62,922 bases of DNA, filler included, from Sanchytrium tribonematis (GCA_018985235.1; 17 parts of 17 records of this genome joined end to end with filler, not necessarily neighbours in it); one strand, 5' to 3'; counted from the first letter of the whole stretch, positions 43,416 to 55,458 are shown. The notes: generated by a model not told the origin, from the letters alone. Made by a program: numbers and translations.

Positions 43416-43678
43416 ATCCAATTGATTTTTAATTAATTTTACAAATAATTGAAATTGATCAAACTGACTGTTGTAGAACAATCGGACGCAAAAGAGAACC
43501 CCCTAACCTGGTCATTCAAATGAGTTTACACCCAATCAAATAAAATTGGAAACGCTTCTTGGTCCATTCAAATTTAACCAATCCTGTCAAAGCAATCCAT
43601 AGGAACAACAAACATTGGATAATAATTAATCATTTCTGATACATCACATTCAAAAAGAATTCAATCCTCGTGCTTTAG

Positions 43679-44023
43679 ATGCTTCTTTCCTTGTCAACTA
43701 TTTCTGCTTTGACCACATTTTCAAATCTTGAAGAGCCATTTAAAATAATTGAACATTATTCATTCGATAAATCGATGGATGTTTATTGTATTACCACAAA
43801 ATGGACCAAAAACATGTTTTGCAGAAAGTATTTGCAGCCCAAAGAATGGTTCAAAATGCAATTTGTAAATGTGGAATATATGTCCCTTCATGAATCGCAG
43901 ATTTGTGGACTAACCTATAGCGTACCCGAGGATAAAAACAATTTGCCAGGATATGTTACTAAATGTATTACCATCCATGGCAAATTCAATGGTAAAAAGG
44001 ATGCAGCCCAAGTTCCTAAGTAA
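43679..44023 (+). CDS. Small secreted Cys-containing protein (family member 3)
   Basis: Shares KWTK..CR.YL.PKEWFKM and KCITIHGKFNGKKD with 43071-43415. Confidence 0.8.
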   Translation: MLLSLSTISALTTFSNLEEPFKIIEHYSFDKSMDVYCITTKWTKNMFCRKYLQPKEWFKMQFVNVEYMSLHESQICGLTYSVPEDKNNLPGYVTKCITIHGKFNGKKDAAQVPK

Positions 44024-44357
44024 ATCTTGCATTTATTGCTACTTCTTCTGCTAAACGATTTCGGATGACCACTTTAAGCTGTTCACTGTAATGATACATC
44101 ATGCCCATCACTTCCGACAATGATAAACTCCCGTCAACATTCAACACATAGTCTATTAAAGTTTCTTTCATCGCAGCCAATTCTAGAATCTCTGACCAAT
44201 CGATTTTGTAAGGATCCTCATCCAACATCAAACAGCACAATTGCTCATAATACTGATATAATTCCCTATATTCATCACTGTTCTGTAATACAATAGTCTG
44301 GGGTGGGGTCAAATATCTGTCTTCATAAGTTCTTTCTGGAAATGGCAAATTCAACAT
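44016..44357 (-). CDS. Hypothetical acidic protein
   Basis: ORF only. Confidence 0.45.
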   Translation of the reverse strand: MLNLPFPERTYEDRYLTPPQTIVLQNSDEYRELYQYYEQLCCLMLDEDPYKIDWSEILELAAMKETLIDYVLNVDGSLSLSEVMGMMYHYSEQLKVVIRNRLAEEVAINARFT

Positions 44358-44491
44358 GTTTTGATTGCAGATGGGCTTCGATCTATTAAGTNNNNNNNNN
44401 NNNNNNNNNNNNNNNNNNNNNNNNNNNNNNNNNNNTTAATTAATTAANNNNNNNNNNNNNNNNNNNNNNNNNNNNNNNNNNNNNNNNNNNN

Positions 44492-45236
44492 TTGTCAAAC
44501 TAATGTTAAAAGTGTGCTTTACTCATTGAAAATTTTGCACAAGCTTTCTAAGGAAAATTTGTTGCGCACGATCTCCCTTTCCACACATAAAGGCCCAGAT
44601 ATATTCAAAAAACTTTTGATGATTCCATTTGAAGACCATCAGGTTCTTACCTTGAAACTTATCAAATTGGTCTTTCCATATAGCACTAGAAAATTCAGAC
44701 AAATGAATATGAAAATTGCAACGCAAATTTATTGTACTCTGCAATTTGATCCATTCGAAAACTTTCTGAAATTTCTCGAAATTCCGGAACAACTCCAAAG
44801 GGGAGAAGCGAAAGACTCCCAAAATAGGCAAATTATAGCTCAAAAATTGAATCGGCTCCTAGGTTCGGGATACTGGTCAAGTTTTAATGTAGAACACGAA
44901 TCTCATAGCGATCTTTTTGTAAGTGAAACAAATCTACTACACCTATTTACTCCGAAATCATCTTCACCTTCCATAGAAAATCTTCATGTATTTACCAACG
45001 AGCTTCTTCAGGAATCAAAAAATATTATTAGCAAAATCATAAAGGAAACTAGCTTTGTTCAAGCCGTGTGCGAACTGAGAGATATGGTCACAGAAGATCA
45101 AGATTTAGTTGCAGCCCAAGAAGCAAGTATGTGGATTATGAGCTTCAGTGATTTATTCAGTCCTCAGCCGCAGGAAGATCGAGACAATGATCAAGAAATA
45201 CCAGTCAAAATTATTGTAGACGAAATAAATACTTAG
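44492..45236 (+). CDS. Far11/STRIP (STRIPAK) C-terminal part
   Basis: LKILHKLSK...TLKLIK..FPYSTRKFRQMNMKI.TQIY. Confidence 0.75.
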
Positions 45237-46054
45237 TCACTGCTATATTCTACATTTCCCAAGACTTCCAATTCTTCTTCGCTTGAAGGTTTTTCTTTTT
45301 TTGGTTTTGATTCCTTGGCAACCTTTTTGTCACTCGTCAGAGTTTCAGCGACTTTATAATATGGCTCTGGAACTTCTATATCAACACCTTTATATTTTTC
45401 TATTTCTTCAACATCGCATCCACACATTTTTGCGAATTCCTTAGTTTCGATAAAATCACGGCGAGTTAGACACTTTTCTACCAAAATTGGGTTTTTCCTC
45501 TCCTCCAATTTATACTTATTTCTGACCTGAATTCTTGTTTTGCTGCTTAAAGCACTAGCAATAAGTCCAAAATCTGTCCCGAGAAGACTTAATAATTTAA
45601 AAAATTTGATTTCCTCATTACTTGACCAGGAAGTTCTACTATTTGCTTTCTTTTGAAAAGACTTTTCGGTCACAAATTCATCCTTTTCGTCCAGATTCTT
45701 AATATCTTTTGCTCTAGAATCAGTGACCACAATTTCGCCATTTACAATTTGCATTTGTTCAACAATCTCTTCTTGCTCCTCGGGAATAAATGCCTTAAGA
45801 ACTGGAGTTTTCTTTTTCTGGAGCAAAAATGATTCACCCGGTATAGGTTTTACAGTGCAAAATGCCTTGAGAGGCCATTCTGATCGAGGCAAGTCTTCAT
45901 ATAATTCAAAAGATTTGTCTCGCTTAATTCGCTTATTTTTTCTATTAAGTTGCTTGGAGGTATCGATTTTTGTAGTCTCACTCTCCTCAGTCGAGAAAGA
46001 TTCATTTTCTGTAGTGTCGCTGTCAGATATTATTCTTTTTGTTGACATTTTCAA
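45233..46054 (-). CDS. TFIIIB B'' (Bdp1)-like SANT-domain protein
   Basis: IVNGEIVV; WSSNEEIKFF.LLSLLGTDFGLI...RIQVRNKYKLEERKNP. Confidence 0.85.
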   Translation of the reverse strand: MKMSTKRIISDSDTTENESFSTEESETTKIDTSKQLNRKNKRIKRDKSFELYEDLPRSEWPLKAFCTVKPIPGESFLLQKKKTPVLKAFIPEEQEEIVEQMQIVNGEIVVTDSRAKDIKNLDEKDEFVTEKSFQKKANSRTSWSSNEEIKFFKLLSLLGTDFGLIASALSSKTRIQVRNKYKLEERKNPILVEKCLTRRDFIETKEFAKMCGCDVEEIEKYKGVDIEVPEPYYKVAETLTSDKKVAKESKPKKEKPSSEEELEVLGNVEYSSD

Positions 46055-46089
46055 CCCCTTAAAGAATCAAACTTATAAATATCGCGCTT

Positions 46090-47064
46090 TTATTTTATAA
46101 ATTCTCTACTAATTATCATTTTCATGACTTCGTTTGTGCCCTCTAAAATACAATGCACTCTCAAATCCCTTAAATATTGCTGAACTTTATAATCTTTCAA
46201 ATAACCATAACCACCATGCAATTGCAAACTTAATTAGCAAGAATCACCATTGATTTACGATATCGAAACAATTATCTGTTGCCAACATCTTAGCCATAGC
46301 ACATAATGAGGTCGCATCTTTAGATTTGAGATCAAGCTCCATAGCAGCTTGCCGAACCAGAAGTCTTGAAGATAATAATGACGCTGCCAAATCTGCTAGT
46401 TTAAATTGTGAATTCTGAAAGTCAATAATTCTTTTACCAAATTGCTTTCGGTTTTTACAATACTCGATTGTTTCTTTCAAACTACCATATGCACCACCGA
46501 GAGAACAAGATGCTATATTGATTCTTCCTCCATCTAGACCTTGCATAGCTATTTTGAATCCCTGACCTTTATGACCTAGCAAGTTATTCTTAGGTATCTT
46601 GCAATTATCAAATATAACCGACCTTGTGGGTTGTGAGTTCCACCCGAGCTTATTTTCTTTTTTCCCAAAAGACAAGCCATCAGTTCCCTTTTCAATTATA
46701 AAAGAGCTTATTCCTTTGGGTCCATCGTCTGAGGTTCTAGCCATAACGAGATAGAGGTCTGATTGACCTGCTCCACTAATAAAAGCCTTTGATCCATTCA
46801 ATATATAATGATCGCCTTTTTCAACAGCTGAAGTGACAAGTGAAGCCGCATCACTACCAGATGAAGGTTCAGTTAAGCAATATGAAGCCAGTTTGTCCAT
46901 GGAAGTTAAATGGTGTAGATGCTGTTCTTTCTGCTCGGTGCTGCCAAACTTATCTATCATGAATGCCACCATATTGTGAATTGATATATAAGCTGTAGTA
47001 GAAACATCGTGCTGGCTTAAACTCTCAAATATGATGGATGCATCTAGTCTTTTAAGATCTGATC
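46090..47064 (-). CDS. Acyl-CoA dehydrogenase (isobutyryl-CoA DH/ACAD8-like), 5' partial, 2 exons
   Basis: [28 protein letters not shown]; after intron removal [14 protein letters not shown]...ILEGTNEVM. Confidence 0.93.
46229..46247 (-). other. 19-nt intron GTGATTCTTGCTAATTAAG
   Basis: Removal restores [12 protein letters not shown]; contains CTAAT branch-like motif. Confidence 0.92.
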
Positions 47065-47164
47065 NNNNNNNNNNNNNNNNNNNNNNNNNNNNNNNNNNNN
47101 NNNNNNNNTTAATTAATTAANNNNNNNNNNNNNNNNNNNNNNNNNNNNNNNNNNNNNNNNNNNN

Positions 47165-49718
47165 AATATCCAATTTATGCCATTATGATTAATACATTCA
47201 AATCTAGTAATAATATCCAAGATATGCCAATTTACACAATTATGATCAACCAGAAATTGATTGTATATGAACATGTTCATTTGCAAGGCCCATTTGATTA
47301 TGAAATTGACTTGGTTGTGGATTTAATCCATTTAAATGGCAATTCTGTATTTTATAATTCTACTTTATTTTATTGGAAGTATATAAGCACCAGAATACTC
47401 ACTACAAATGATTTCAAATCACTTTATTTCAAAGTGATGCATGAAAATCAACAAATGTCTCAAATTAATTTAAATTTAATTTGTGAAAATGGACTGGTTC
47501 CAAATGTATTTGGCAAAAAATCTATTTCTAATAATATAAATGGCTATGATTTATGCGCAACATGTCCTACAGGTTCCATTTGTGATATAAATGGCCTAGA
47601 ATATCCAACTGGTCAAAATCATTATTATCGAGTCATATTGAATGGAGAATTGATTTATTACAAATGTTTATCAAATTATGCATGTAATGGTACAGATCTG
47701 TGCCAACCAGGCTATTCTGGATTAATTTGTGGGAATTGTGAATCAGGCTATTTTAGATCTAATTCTATAGATTGTTTGCCATGTCATCCACTTCCATTTA
47801 GTCTAATTGTATTTTTAGGAGTATTGGTGGTCATATTTGTGTGTTTATTGCTCATTTTAAAGATTAAATTTGGATCTATATTTTGTGTGATTTCCATTTT
47901 ACTCCAATATTTCCAGAATTTGTATATTTTCAAATCATTGTTACTTCAATGGTCACCCACAGTCAACACATTCTTTAATTATCTGAGTATTTTCAGTTTA
48001 AATTTGGATTTGGCCACTCCAGAATGTTATAATCAAAAAATCAATTATTTTGTAAAAGCCAAATTTATCATGCTGATTCCGATTATATTCTTGATTGTAC
48101 TTGTATTATTGAGTTTATTGAAATCCATGCCCATTAAATCCACTTTTAAGTTCATTTACTGCAAAATCAAAAAAATCAAATTTTCACAAAAATTGAAAAT
48201 GATTCATTTACAAACAAATTTATGGACGGCATTGGCTGCATACCATTTGTTTTTAATCACTATCTATGTCATGTTGTGTATTTGGATATTGAATTATTTC
48301 TCATGTATTTCTGTAGGGAATTCATTTGTTATGGAAAAAGCACCTGAATTTGAGTGTTTTAAAGGGGCACATTTGGATGAACTGAGTGTATTTGTATTTG
48401 GTACTGTGGTTTACGTTTATGGAATCCCATTTTACTTTGTTATTTTATTCATTATGAAAAATCAAATTATTTATTTAAAATGCATGAAATATGCTCAAAA
48501 TGTATTAACGAGTCGGCATAGTGATTATACGATTAAAGGACAAGTGATTGTAGTTGTATTGTTGATATGCAAGGGATTTATGGTAGCAGTGGCTGTATTT
48601 TTAAATCATTTGCCAATGGTTCAAGTCGTGCTTGTTTTGTTGCTTTTAATGGTTTATTTGAATTGCTTAATTCATTTAAAGCCATACATCTTAATAAATT
48701 ACACCAGAATTGACATTTGTTGTCAATATGCGAGTATTTTGATACTGGGATGCGGGATCTTATTTTACGTGATGGATACGAGTGAATTAAATGGATTTGA
48801 ATTGCCATTAAATGGGATAGTAATTGGATCTAGTGGGATCTTATTGCTATTGGTGATGATTCAAGTTTATAAAGATTTGAGAAATGAGTGGAGAATATTT
48901 GTTGCAAAAAGAATTTCAGAGAATAAAGAGATTTTGCAGCAAGATAAATACAAGAAATTCATAGATCATATCTCCAGTAGGGCATTGGAGCAACCTACTA
49001 TCACTATTAAAGTGAAACAAGATTATTTCCAATCTTTAAGTGAGCCAAAACCTGAAAAACCTGTTCGATGGATAGAAAAAGATGGTGTGCGTGAAGAAAT
49101 ACGTGAAGCACCTAAAAAGAGTAGCAAATTTAGCAGACATACCAAGATTGTCCCAGAAGAAACAAATGATTTAGATGCATCCAAAAAAGCAACTAAAACG
49201 TGGTTTACGAAACTCAATCTTGTTGGAATGGAACTTAACGATTCTCAAAATGATAAAATAAGAAAGGAGAAACTGATGGATGCAACGAATAAGAAGAAAG
49301 ATGAACTTCATGATCTCAAGGCTGTAACAGTAGATGAACACAAAAATTCAATCTTTGGAGCATTAAAAAGAGACAAAAATCCTAATTCGACTAAGAATGA
49401 TGCCAAAATAGAAGAAAAATTATTAAAATCTCCAAAATTAGACAGGAAATCATCCCAAAAGGAGATACAAGCCGAATCTCCTCTTAAATCTCCGAAATTA
49501 CCTTTCTTCAACAAGAAGAATAGCTCCATAGAAACTAAAAAGTCAGATAGTCCTAAAAACAAGAAAGAAGAAGTGATAAAACAAGGTTTACCACCAATTA
49601 TCACAAAATCACCAAATCCACTTTATGTAATGGATGAGGATGAATTACGACATGAAAATCTAAACCAGATTGTAGAAATAGTTGATAAAATTGTAGAAAA
49701 AGAACGAGCCAAGAAGAA
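47165..49718 (+). CDS. Multi-pass membrane protein with Cys-rich ectodomain and Lys-rich tail (both ends partial)
   Basis: CATCPTGSIC, CQPGYSGLICGNCESGYF..CLPC, then several TM segments. Confidence 0.75.
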
Positions 49719-50046
49719 NNNNNNNNNNNNNNNNNNNNNNNNNNNNNNNNNNNNNNNNNNNNTTAATTAATTAANNNNNNNNNNNNNNNNNNNNNNNNNN
49801 NNNNNNNNNNNNNNNNNNAATTTTTTCCACCAAACCTTTCACATTTTCCTTAAAAAGTGAATGGATATCAAGATATTCTGGAATGACTTGTGCTAAGTCA
49901 TTGTTGATTCCCCTACTCTTCATTTTATTCTTAATTGCAAGAATAATATGGAGAGTAGCCCCATCATTAAATTGAGATTTGGAGTATTTTTCTTTTGACC
50001 TGCCATTTCTAAAATCGAAAAATCCACCCATTAAACAAAAACACGG

Positions 50047-50529
50047 ATGTCTCGCATAATCTTTTACACAGATGATTCAAAGATCGTTGGGTTCAAAAAT
50101 TTAGATCCCATGGAATGCAGCTGGACGGGATTCAGCAAAATGATAAGAGATTCTGAAAAAGAAAAAATTGGATCCCTCCGTTTGGCCAAATACAGTGGAA
50201 AATCTTTCAGAATTGCCGTAGAAAAAAACAATCTTGAACTTAGAGACACTTTTCAAAGCACCATAACTGTTGAATTTTTTCGCGAAAAAGGCAAAGGCAT
50301 CATATTTAAATTTGGGCTGTATTTTGAAATGTCCACCACAATTTCTGACTTTAAAGAGCTTTTTCAGTTTGCAGTCGAAAATGCAAATATTTTTTTTAAA
50401 AATTTTAGTCTCTGTGCAGAAACTACGGAGTTGATTTATCCAAATGTGGATAACCCGCTGTACATAGTAAAGATCTATGATGTTTCCATCGTGGATGAAA
50501 TTCCAAATGACGGAGCCAATCAAGAATAA
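50047..50529 (+). CDS. Hypothetical protein
   Basis: ORF only. Confidence 0.5.
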   Translation: MSRIIFYTDDSKIVGFKNLDPMECSWTGFSKMIRDSEKEKIGSLRLAKYSGKSFRIAVEKNNLELRDTFQSTITVEFFREKGKGIIFKFGLYFEMSTTISDFKELFQFAVENANIFFKNFSLCAETTELIYPNVDNPLYIVKIYDVSIVDEIPNDGANQE

Positions 50530-50626
50530 AAACTTTGGGGATTCTTTATCAGATTACGCTAATATCTCATAAATATTTGCAAATAAGAGACTACAAATAG
50601 TTTTATTTGAATGTAGTATCTCAAAT

Positions 50627-52132
50627 CTATATCAAGATCCCTGCGATACAAGCATTAATTATCGTGCAGCAGGCACCTGTTAGCATCGCACTAACACCAA
50701 TCTTTGCTAATTCGTGTTGTCGAGTAGGTGCGATACTTCCAATTGTCCCGATAGTAATTCCGATACTCGACACATTTGCAAATCCACAAAGAGCGTAGGT
50801 GGCTAATAGATTTGTTCTGGTATCTACCGTGGCTTGAGATAATTGAATGTACGCAGCAAATTCATTTACAACTAATTTCAAACCAAGCAATTCAGACACA
50901 AAAGGAATCTGGTCGAATGGAACGCCCATCAAGAATGAAAATGGCTGAAATAAATAACTAAGGAGAATTTGGATTGTGATGGTGCGATCTACGATGAAAG
51001 CGCAAAAGTAAGACGTCAATTGATTCAAAAGTGCAAATATGCTAATAAATGCAATAATAGTTCCAGCAATAACACCTGCAATTTTCACTCCAGTAATGGC
51101 ACCTTCACCAGCTGCATCTAATATATTTGCTTGTTTTTCCATCTTTGGCAGTTGAACTTTCCCTTTGGTTATTGAAGTTTCTGTTTCTGGCAGTCTCAAT
51201 TTAGAAAACACCAGTGAACAAGGTGCTGCCATGACAGATCCAGTAAGTAAACTGACACTGTCGATGCCAAAACTCATGAAAGCAATCAAAACACTCCCAG
51301 CAACAGCAGCGAAACCAGAAACCATCACAGCGTGTAATTCAGAAAGTGTCATGAATTCAACAAAAGGTTTGACCAGCAAGGCACTTTCGCCTTGGCCAAC
51401 AAATGGAGATGCCGCAGCCACAATGGATTCTGAACCACTAGTATCCATCACAAAAACCATCAATTTGGCAACATGCTTTACAACATATTGCATGGCTCCA
51501 AGATAATATAACACTTGGATGAATGAAGCAAAAAAGATGACTGCTGGAAAAACGCTGACAGCAAATATTTTCGCTTCTGCAACTTCTTTACCGAATACAA
51601 ATTCAAGACCGGCTTTTGAAAACTCCATAAAGCTAGTGACAATCCCTGCTAGATTGATGAAAAATGTTCTACCAATAAAAGTTTTTAATACAAATAGTGC
51701 CAAAATGAGTTGCAAGTACAACCCGCAAACTACGGTTCTAAAATTAATGCTTTTCCGTGATCTACTAGTTATGTAAAAAAGACCAAGTAATACTACTAGA
51801 CCCCCGAGAGAACGCAATCGAAGCAGAGGATCGGTATTACTTAGAGAAAATCCAAATAAAATTAAAATATAAACAACAAACATTCCAAATAACATTTTGC
51901 TATTTAGGCTAACCACTGGGAAACTATAGTGATTTGAATAATTAAAGCATATGCACAACAATTTGTATGTCACCCAAATATAAAAAATGCACAATCCCGT
52001 GGCGTCCCATCCCTTTTTAATTACTGCAGTAATAATGTAAATAGTCAACAACAGTAATAAAGATATATAAATATAGAGTTTGTGCCTATTTACAGGCACT
52101 TTTTGACCATTGGATTTGTCATTGTGCTCCAT
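50627..52132 (-). CDS. Concentrative nucleoside transporter (CNT/SLC28)
   Basis: SIVAAASPFVGQGES, GFAAVAGSV, KLVVNEF, YALCGFAN; start taken at MEHND. Confidence 0.93.
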   Translation of the reverse strand: MEHNDKSNGQKVPVNRHKLYIYISLLLLLTIYIITAVIKKGWDATGLCIFYIWVTYKLLCICFNYSNHYSFPVVSLNSKMLFGMFVVYILILFGFSLSNTDPLLRLRSLGGLVVLLGLFYITSRSRKSINFRTVVCGLYLQLILALFVLKTFIGRTFFINLAGIVTSFMEFSKAGLEFVFGKEVAEAKIFAVSVFPAVIFFASFIQVLYYLGAMQYVVKHVAKLMVFVMDTSGSESIVAAASPFVGQGESALLVKPFVEFMTLSELHAVMVSGFAAVAGSVLIAFMSFGIDSVSLLTGSVMAAPCSLVFSKLRLPETETSITKGKVQLPKMEKQANILDAAGEGAITGVKIAGVIAGTIIAFISIFALLNQLTSYFCAFIVDRTITIQILLSYLFQPFSFLMGVPFDQIPFVSELLGLKLVVNEFAAYIQLSQATVDTRTNLLATYALCGFANVSSIGITIGTIGSIAPTRQHELAKIGVSAMLTGACCTIINACIAGILI

Positions 52133-52184
52133 CCCAATTGTTTCCTCCTGATTTTCTGCAAAATTATTATAACATGGAATATTG

Positions 52185-52298
52185 TTACACAAGTAACCAT
52201 TTTTTTCACCAAGGCAATTTCTTCCCGCAAGTACATATAGATTACACAAGTAACCATTTTCTTCACCAAGGCAATTTCTTCCCGCAAGTACATATAGA
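52185..52298. repeat. 57-bp tandem duplication (2 copies, 1 mismatch)
   Basis: Copies at 52185-52241 and 52242-52298. Confidence 0.9.
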
Positions 52299-52482
52299 TT
52301 TATTTTTCGTCTAAATTAGGCGACTTGAATCTAACAGACCCTGCGGAGACTAATCTACTCCAGAGAATNNNNNNNNNNNNNNNNNNNNNNNNNNNNNNNN
52401 NNNNNNNNNNNNTTAATTAATTAANNNNNNNNNNNNNNNNNNNNNNNNNNNNNNNNNNNNNNNNNNNNTTTTATTTATTTAG

Positions 52483-52935
52483 AAAGTCAAATGCGAAAAT
52501 AATGAATATACGCTCATTAATAATGATCCAAATACTTGTGCGTCATTATTGAAATTATGGATGAGAGAATTATTGCATCCATTGATACCACCAGAATTAT
52601 ATCAAGAATGTATCACACACCACGATAATCTTCAAAATTGTTTGTCTATAATTGAGAAATGTCCAAAATTGGAAAGGATGTGCTGCAAATATATGATTTA
52701 TGTCCTACAAATATTTAGCAAAGCAGAATATAGCAAATCTACAAAAATGAGTGTAAATAATGTCAGTATGGTCTTTGGACCTAATTTTTTGAGATGTCCA
52801 AGTGATTTGCCACAAGTTATATTTGAAAATACCAAATATGAACAAGGATTTTTAAAGACGTTGATTATTGGAAGTAAATACGCAGAGGATCCAGAAATGG
52901 ATGGTGTATTTGGTGAGATTTTTAGTAAATATTGA
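52483..52935 (+). CDS. RhoGAP-domain protein, C-terminal part
   Basis: ASLLKLWMREL..PLIP, TKMSVNNVSMVFGPNFLRC. Confidence 0.9.
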   Translation, partial: KVKCENNEYTLINNDPNTCASLLKLWMRELLHPLIPPELYQECITHHDNLQNCLSIIEKCPKLERMCCKYMIYVLQIFSKAEYSKSTKMSVNNVSMVFGPNFLRCPSDLPQVIFENTKYEQGFLKTLIIGSKYAEDPEMDGVFGEIFSKY

Positions 52936-53010
52936 TGATTATCATATTAATAGCCTACTAATTGAGTAGTTCAAATTTTCGAATTTGGTTACATTTCGAA
53001 AACCAACTTT

Positions 53011-53595
53011 ATGAAACACCTTGAAGAAACCAAATCAAATAATATATCTACGATCACACCACTTTGTGACTACCGTGTCATTGGAATTAGTGGCGCATTA
53101 GATAATCGGACAGACCTATCTAATCTTTTAGCTTATACGAATAGATTAATGGGAACTAATATATTCACTGACTTAATGAGCCCTATAAAGGTAGTCGGCA
53201 TGGCCGCATATGGTACCGGTTTGGATTTAGGAGCCCTATCAATCGCTGGGCATATTGACGAAGCTAGTGCCTATCAGGTCCTAGAACATTATTTGAAATA
53301 TTTAAAATCGATTCACAACTTTCCAAATTATTCATTATCAATGTTTAAAGATTTACTTAATGGAAAGGAAAAACAATATGATCTCTACATACCACGTTTT
53401 TCGGGAACGACTTGGTCAGAATTTCTTGATCATATCAACACAAATGATATCACTGTTTCGCACCATCAATCTCATATTATCAACGCACTATTAGAATTTA
53501 ATGAATACTTTAAAATAGATGGTAGAAAAATATTCGCTAGTGGATCTCTGCAAATGGAGAGGCTCAAATTGTTTTTTGACAAAAATCCAATTTAA
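53011..53595 (+). CDS. Hypothetical protein
   Basis: 194-aa ORF. Confidence 0.5.
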   Translation: MKHLEETKSNNISTITPLCDYRVIGISGALDNRTDLSNLLAYTNRLMGTNIFTDLMSPIKVVGMAAYGTGLDLGALSIAGHIDEASAYQVLEHYLKYLKSIHNFPNYSLSMFKDLLNGKEKQYDLYIPRFSGTTWSEFLDHINTNDITVSHHQSHIINALLEFNEYFKIDGRKIFASGSLQMERLKLFFDKNPI

Positions 53596-53702
53596 AAACT
53601 AATAAAATACTCTTTTATGAATCAAAGATTATCTCGCATGCATATCTATTGGTTCTTCAAATGTAACATTTATCCTCTAGAAGAGTCGCCAGAATATTTT
53701 GC

Positions 53703-54272
53703 TTAATCTGCATTCAAAATATGGACTATTCTAAATGGTGGAATCTTGAACCCTACAAAGCACCACATTAAAACATTCACAAAAACATAACCAATACAAA
53801 GAATAATAGACCATACTCGTACTGTCAAACCACGAATCCCAAAAAATGAAAATATTGGCATTTCCAATAAATCAGAATCACCATGAATTAACAAGGCTAT
53901 ACTACTTGTCACAACAATAGCAGAACACATAAATAATCCAATTAATGCAAATAATAATGAGCTGTGTACCTTGATTAAGGACGTGAGCCTCGAATAATAT
54001 TCTACTTCCGTTACGTATGGATCTAAACAACGAGTGCATTTAAATTCCAATAGTGGCAAGCTTTCTTCTGTATGAACATACCACAAGGATTCCCATAAAC
54101 TCAAATCCGGAGGCATATCAATTTCAGTATAATTTACAGATGGCAAATTATTAATAAACTGGTCCATGCATTTGGAATGAATATATTGTAGATCCGGGTC
54201 CAAACATCCTCTACATGGTCTTATAAATGTCTCTTCTTCATTTGTATCCCAGCAAGCCCAACACTGCGGCAT
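53703..54272 (-). CDS. RING-CH (MARCH-like) membrane E3 ligase
   Basis: CWACW...IRPCRGC...YIHSKCMDQF...CTRC plus two TM helices. Confidence 0.75.
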   Translation of the reverse strand: MPQCWACWDTNEEETFIRPCRGCLDPDLQYIHSKCMDQFINNLPSVNYTEIDMPPDLSLWESLWYVHTEESLPLLEFKCTRCLDPYVTEVEYYSRLTSLIKVHSSLLFALIGLFMCSAIVVTSSIALLIHGDSDLLEMPIFSFFGIRGLTVRVWSIILCIGYVFVNVLMWCFVGFKIPPFRIVHILNAD

Positions 54273-55458
54273 TTTCAACCTGAAAGGAAGTCAGGATATT
54301 TTAATCGAATCTTATCCAATCAAATTATTATTTCTAAATTAGCGACACTCAGCATGATTATATACCTTTTGGAAGTATTACCTAGGCCACTATTGTAAAT
54401 AAATCTGACCAAACCATTTATTAGCTGCAGCAAAATTGTGTAATTACTTTTTCAGAGACTTTGTTTTTTTTTTTTTTTCAATGTTTTTCAGAGAACACCA
54501 GCATCAAAAAACCCGCTAGTAGACCCGAAGGAGAACCGTAACCCTGCACCTAGAGACTTGTACACTAGTAGCTCCATGGCACCGGAGATGAGCAAGTGCC
54601 CCGGGGGTTCGCCTGTTATTGTTTGTTGAATAATAATGTACAATTATGAGTTAATCTTGCTTTCATTGTGATATTTGACAGGTGCTCAAATCTACCAAGT
54701 CATGTCGCACCAATTTGCAATATTTTGGATGATTTGAAAATGCTTCAGCCCTTGATTGGTGAAGTTTCAATTTGCTCACATTTAAAAATTGGATCAATTC
54801 CCCTTTGGACAATGGATCAAGAAAGAGGACACCATCATCAACAAAAAAGAGAAAGCCATCATTGGATTCGAAACTTGTGCTGCCTCTTCTGCTGTTACGA
54901 GATGTGTTGCGATTAATAAATGCATTAATGAGTTTTTTTAAATTTGTGAAAAGTTTATTGATTACAGATCCATATCCAGATCATCACTTAGCTCTATGTC
55001 TTCTTCTTCCTCTTCNNNNNNNNNNNNNNNNNNNNNNNNNNNNNNNNNNNNNNNNNNNNTTAATTAATTAANNNNNNNNNNNNNNNNNNNNNNNNNNNNN
55101 NNNNNNNNNNNNNNNAAATGTGGATACGCAAGATTTGTTGTCAGTAAATATTTTAATTATTTGAAATTCATCAAATAAATTATTCGATTTCAAGATATAA
55201 TTACTCCATCTCTTACAATAAAGGCGAAAACTCGAGCGGAAATTGTTCGATATGAGTGAGGAAATCATTTCAAATGACCAGTCCAGATATGCTACATAAT
55301 TATCCTGTGATTGAAAATGAGAAACGATTAACTTATAATTGTTTATTGAATGAAGTTAAAATTTTGAATTATTTACATAAAGAAGAAGAAATAAAATGAT
55401 GTTTTGGAATTGGTGTCATTTAATGAATTGAAATGTTAAATAAAATAAAAGTTATTTA

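Noticed and set aside
822..46972. Stop-codon reassignment or programmed frameshifting as the cause of split ORFs
   Set aside because: Each break is explained by a GT-AG 19-20 nt segment; TAA and TAG end conserved proteins at expected positions
54668..55015. Short ORFs on + near the contig end
   Set aside because: Non-ATG starts and no motifs; open frames on the minus strand also lack a clear start, so no gene model is supportable
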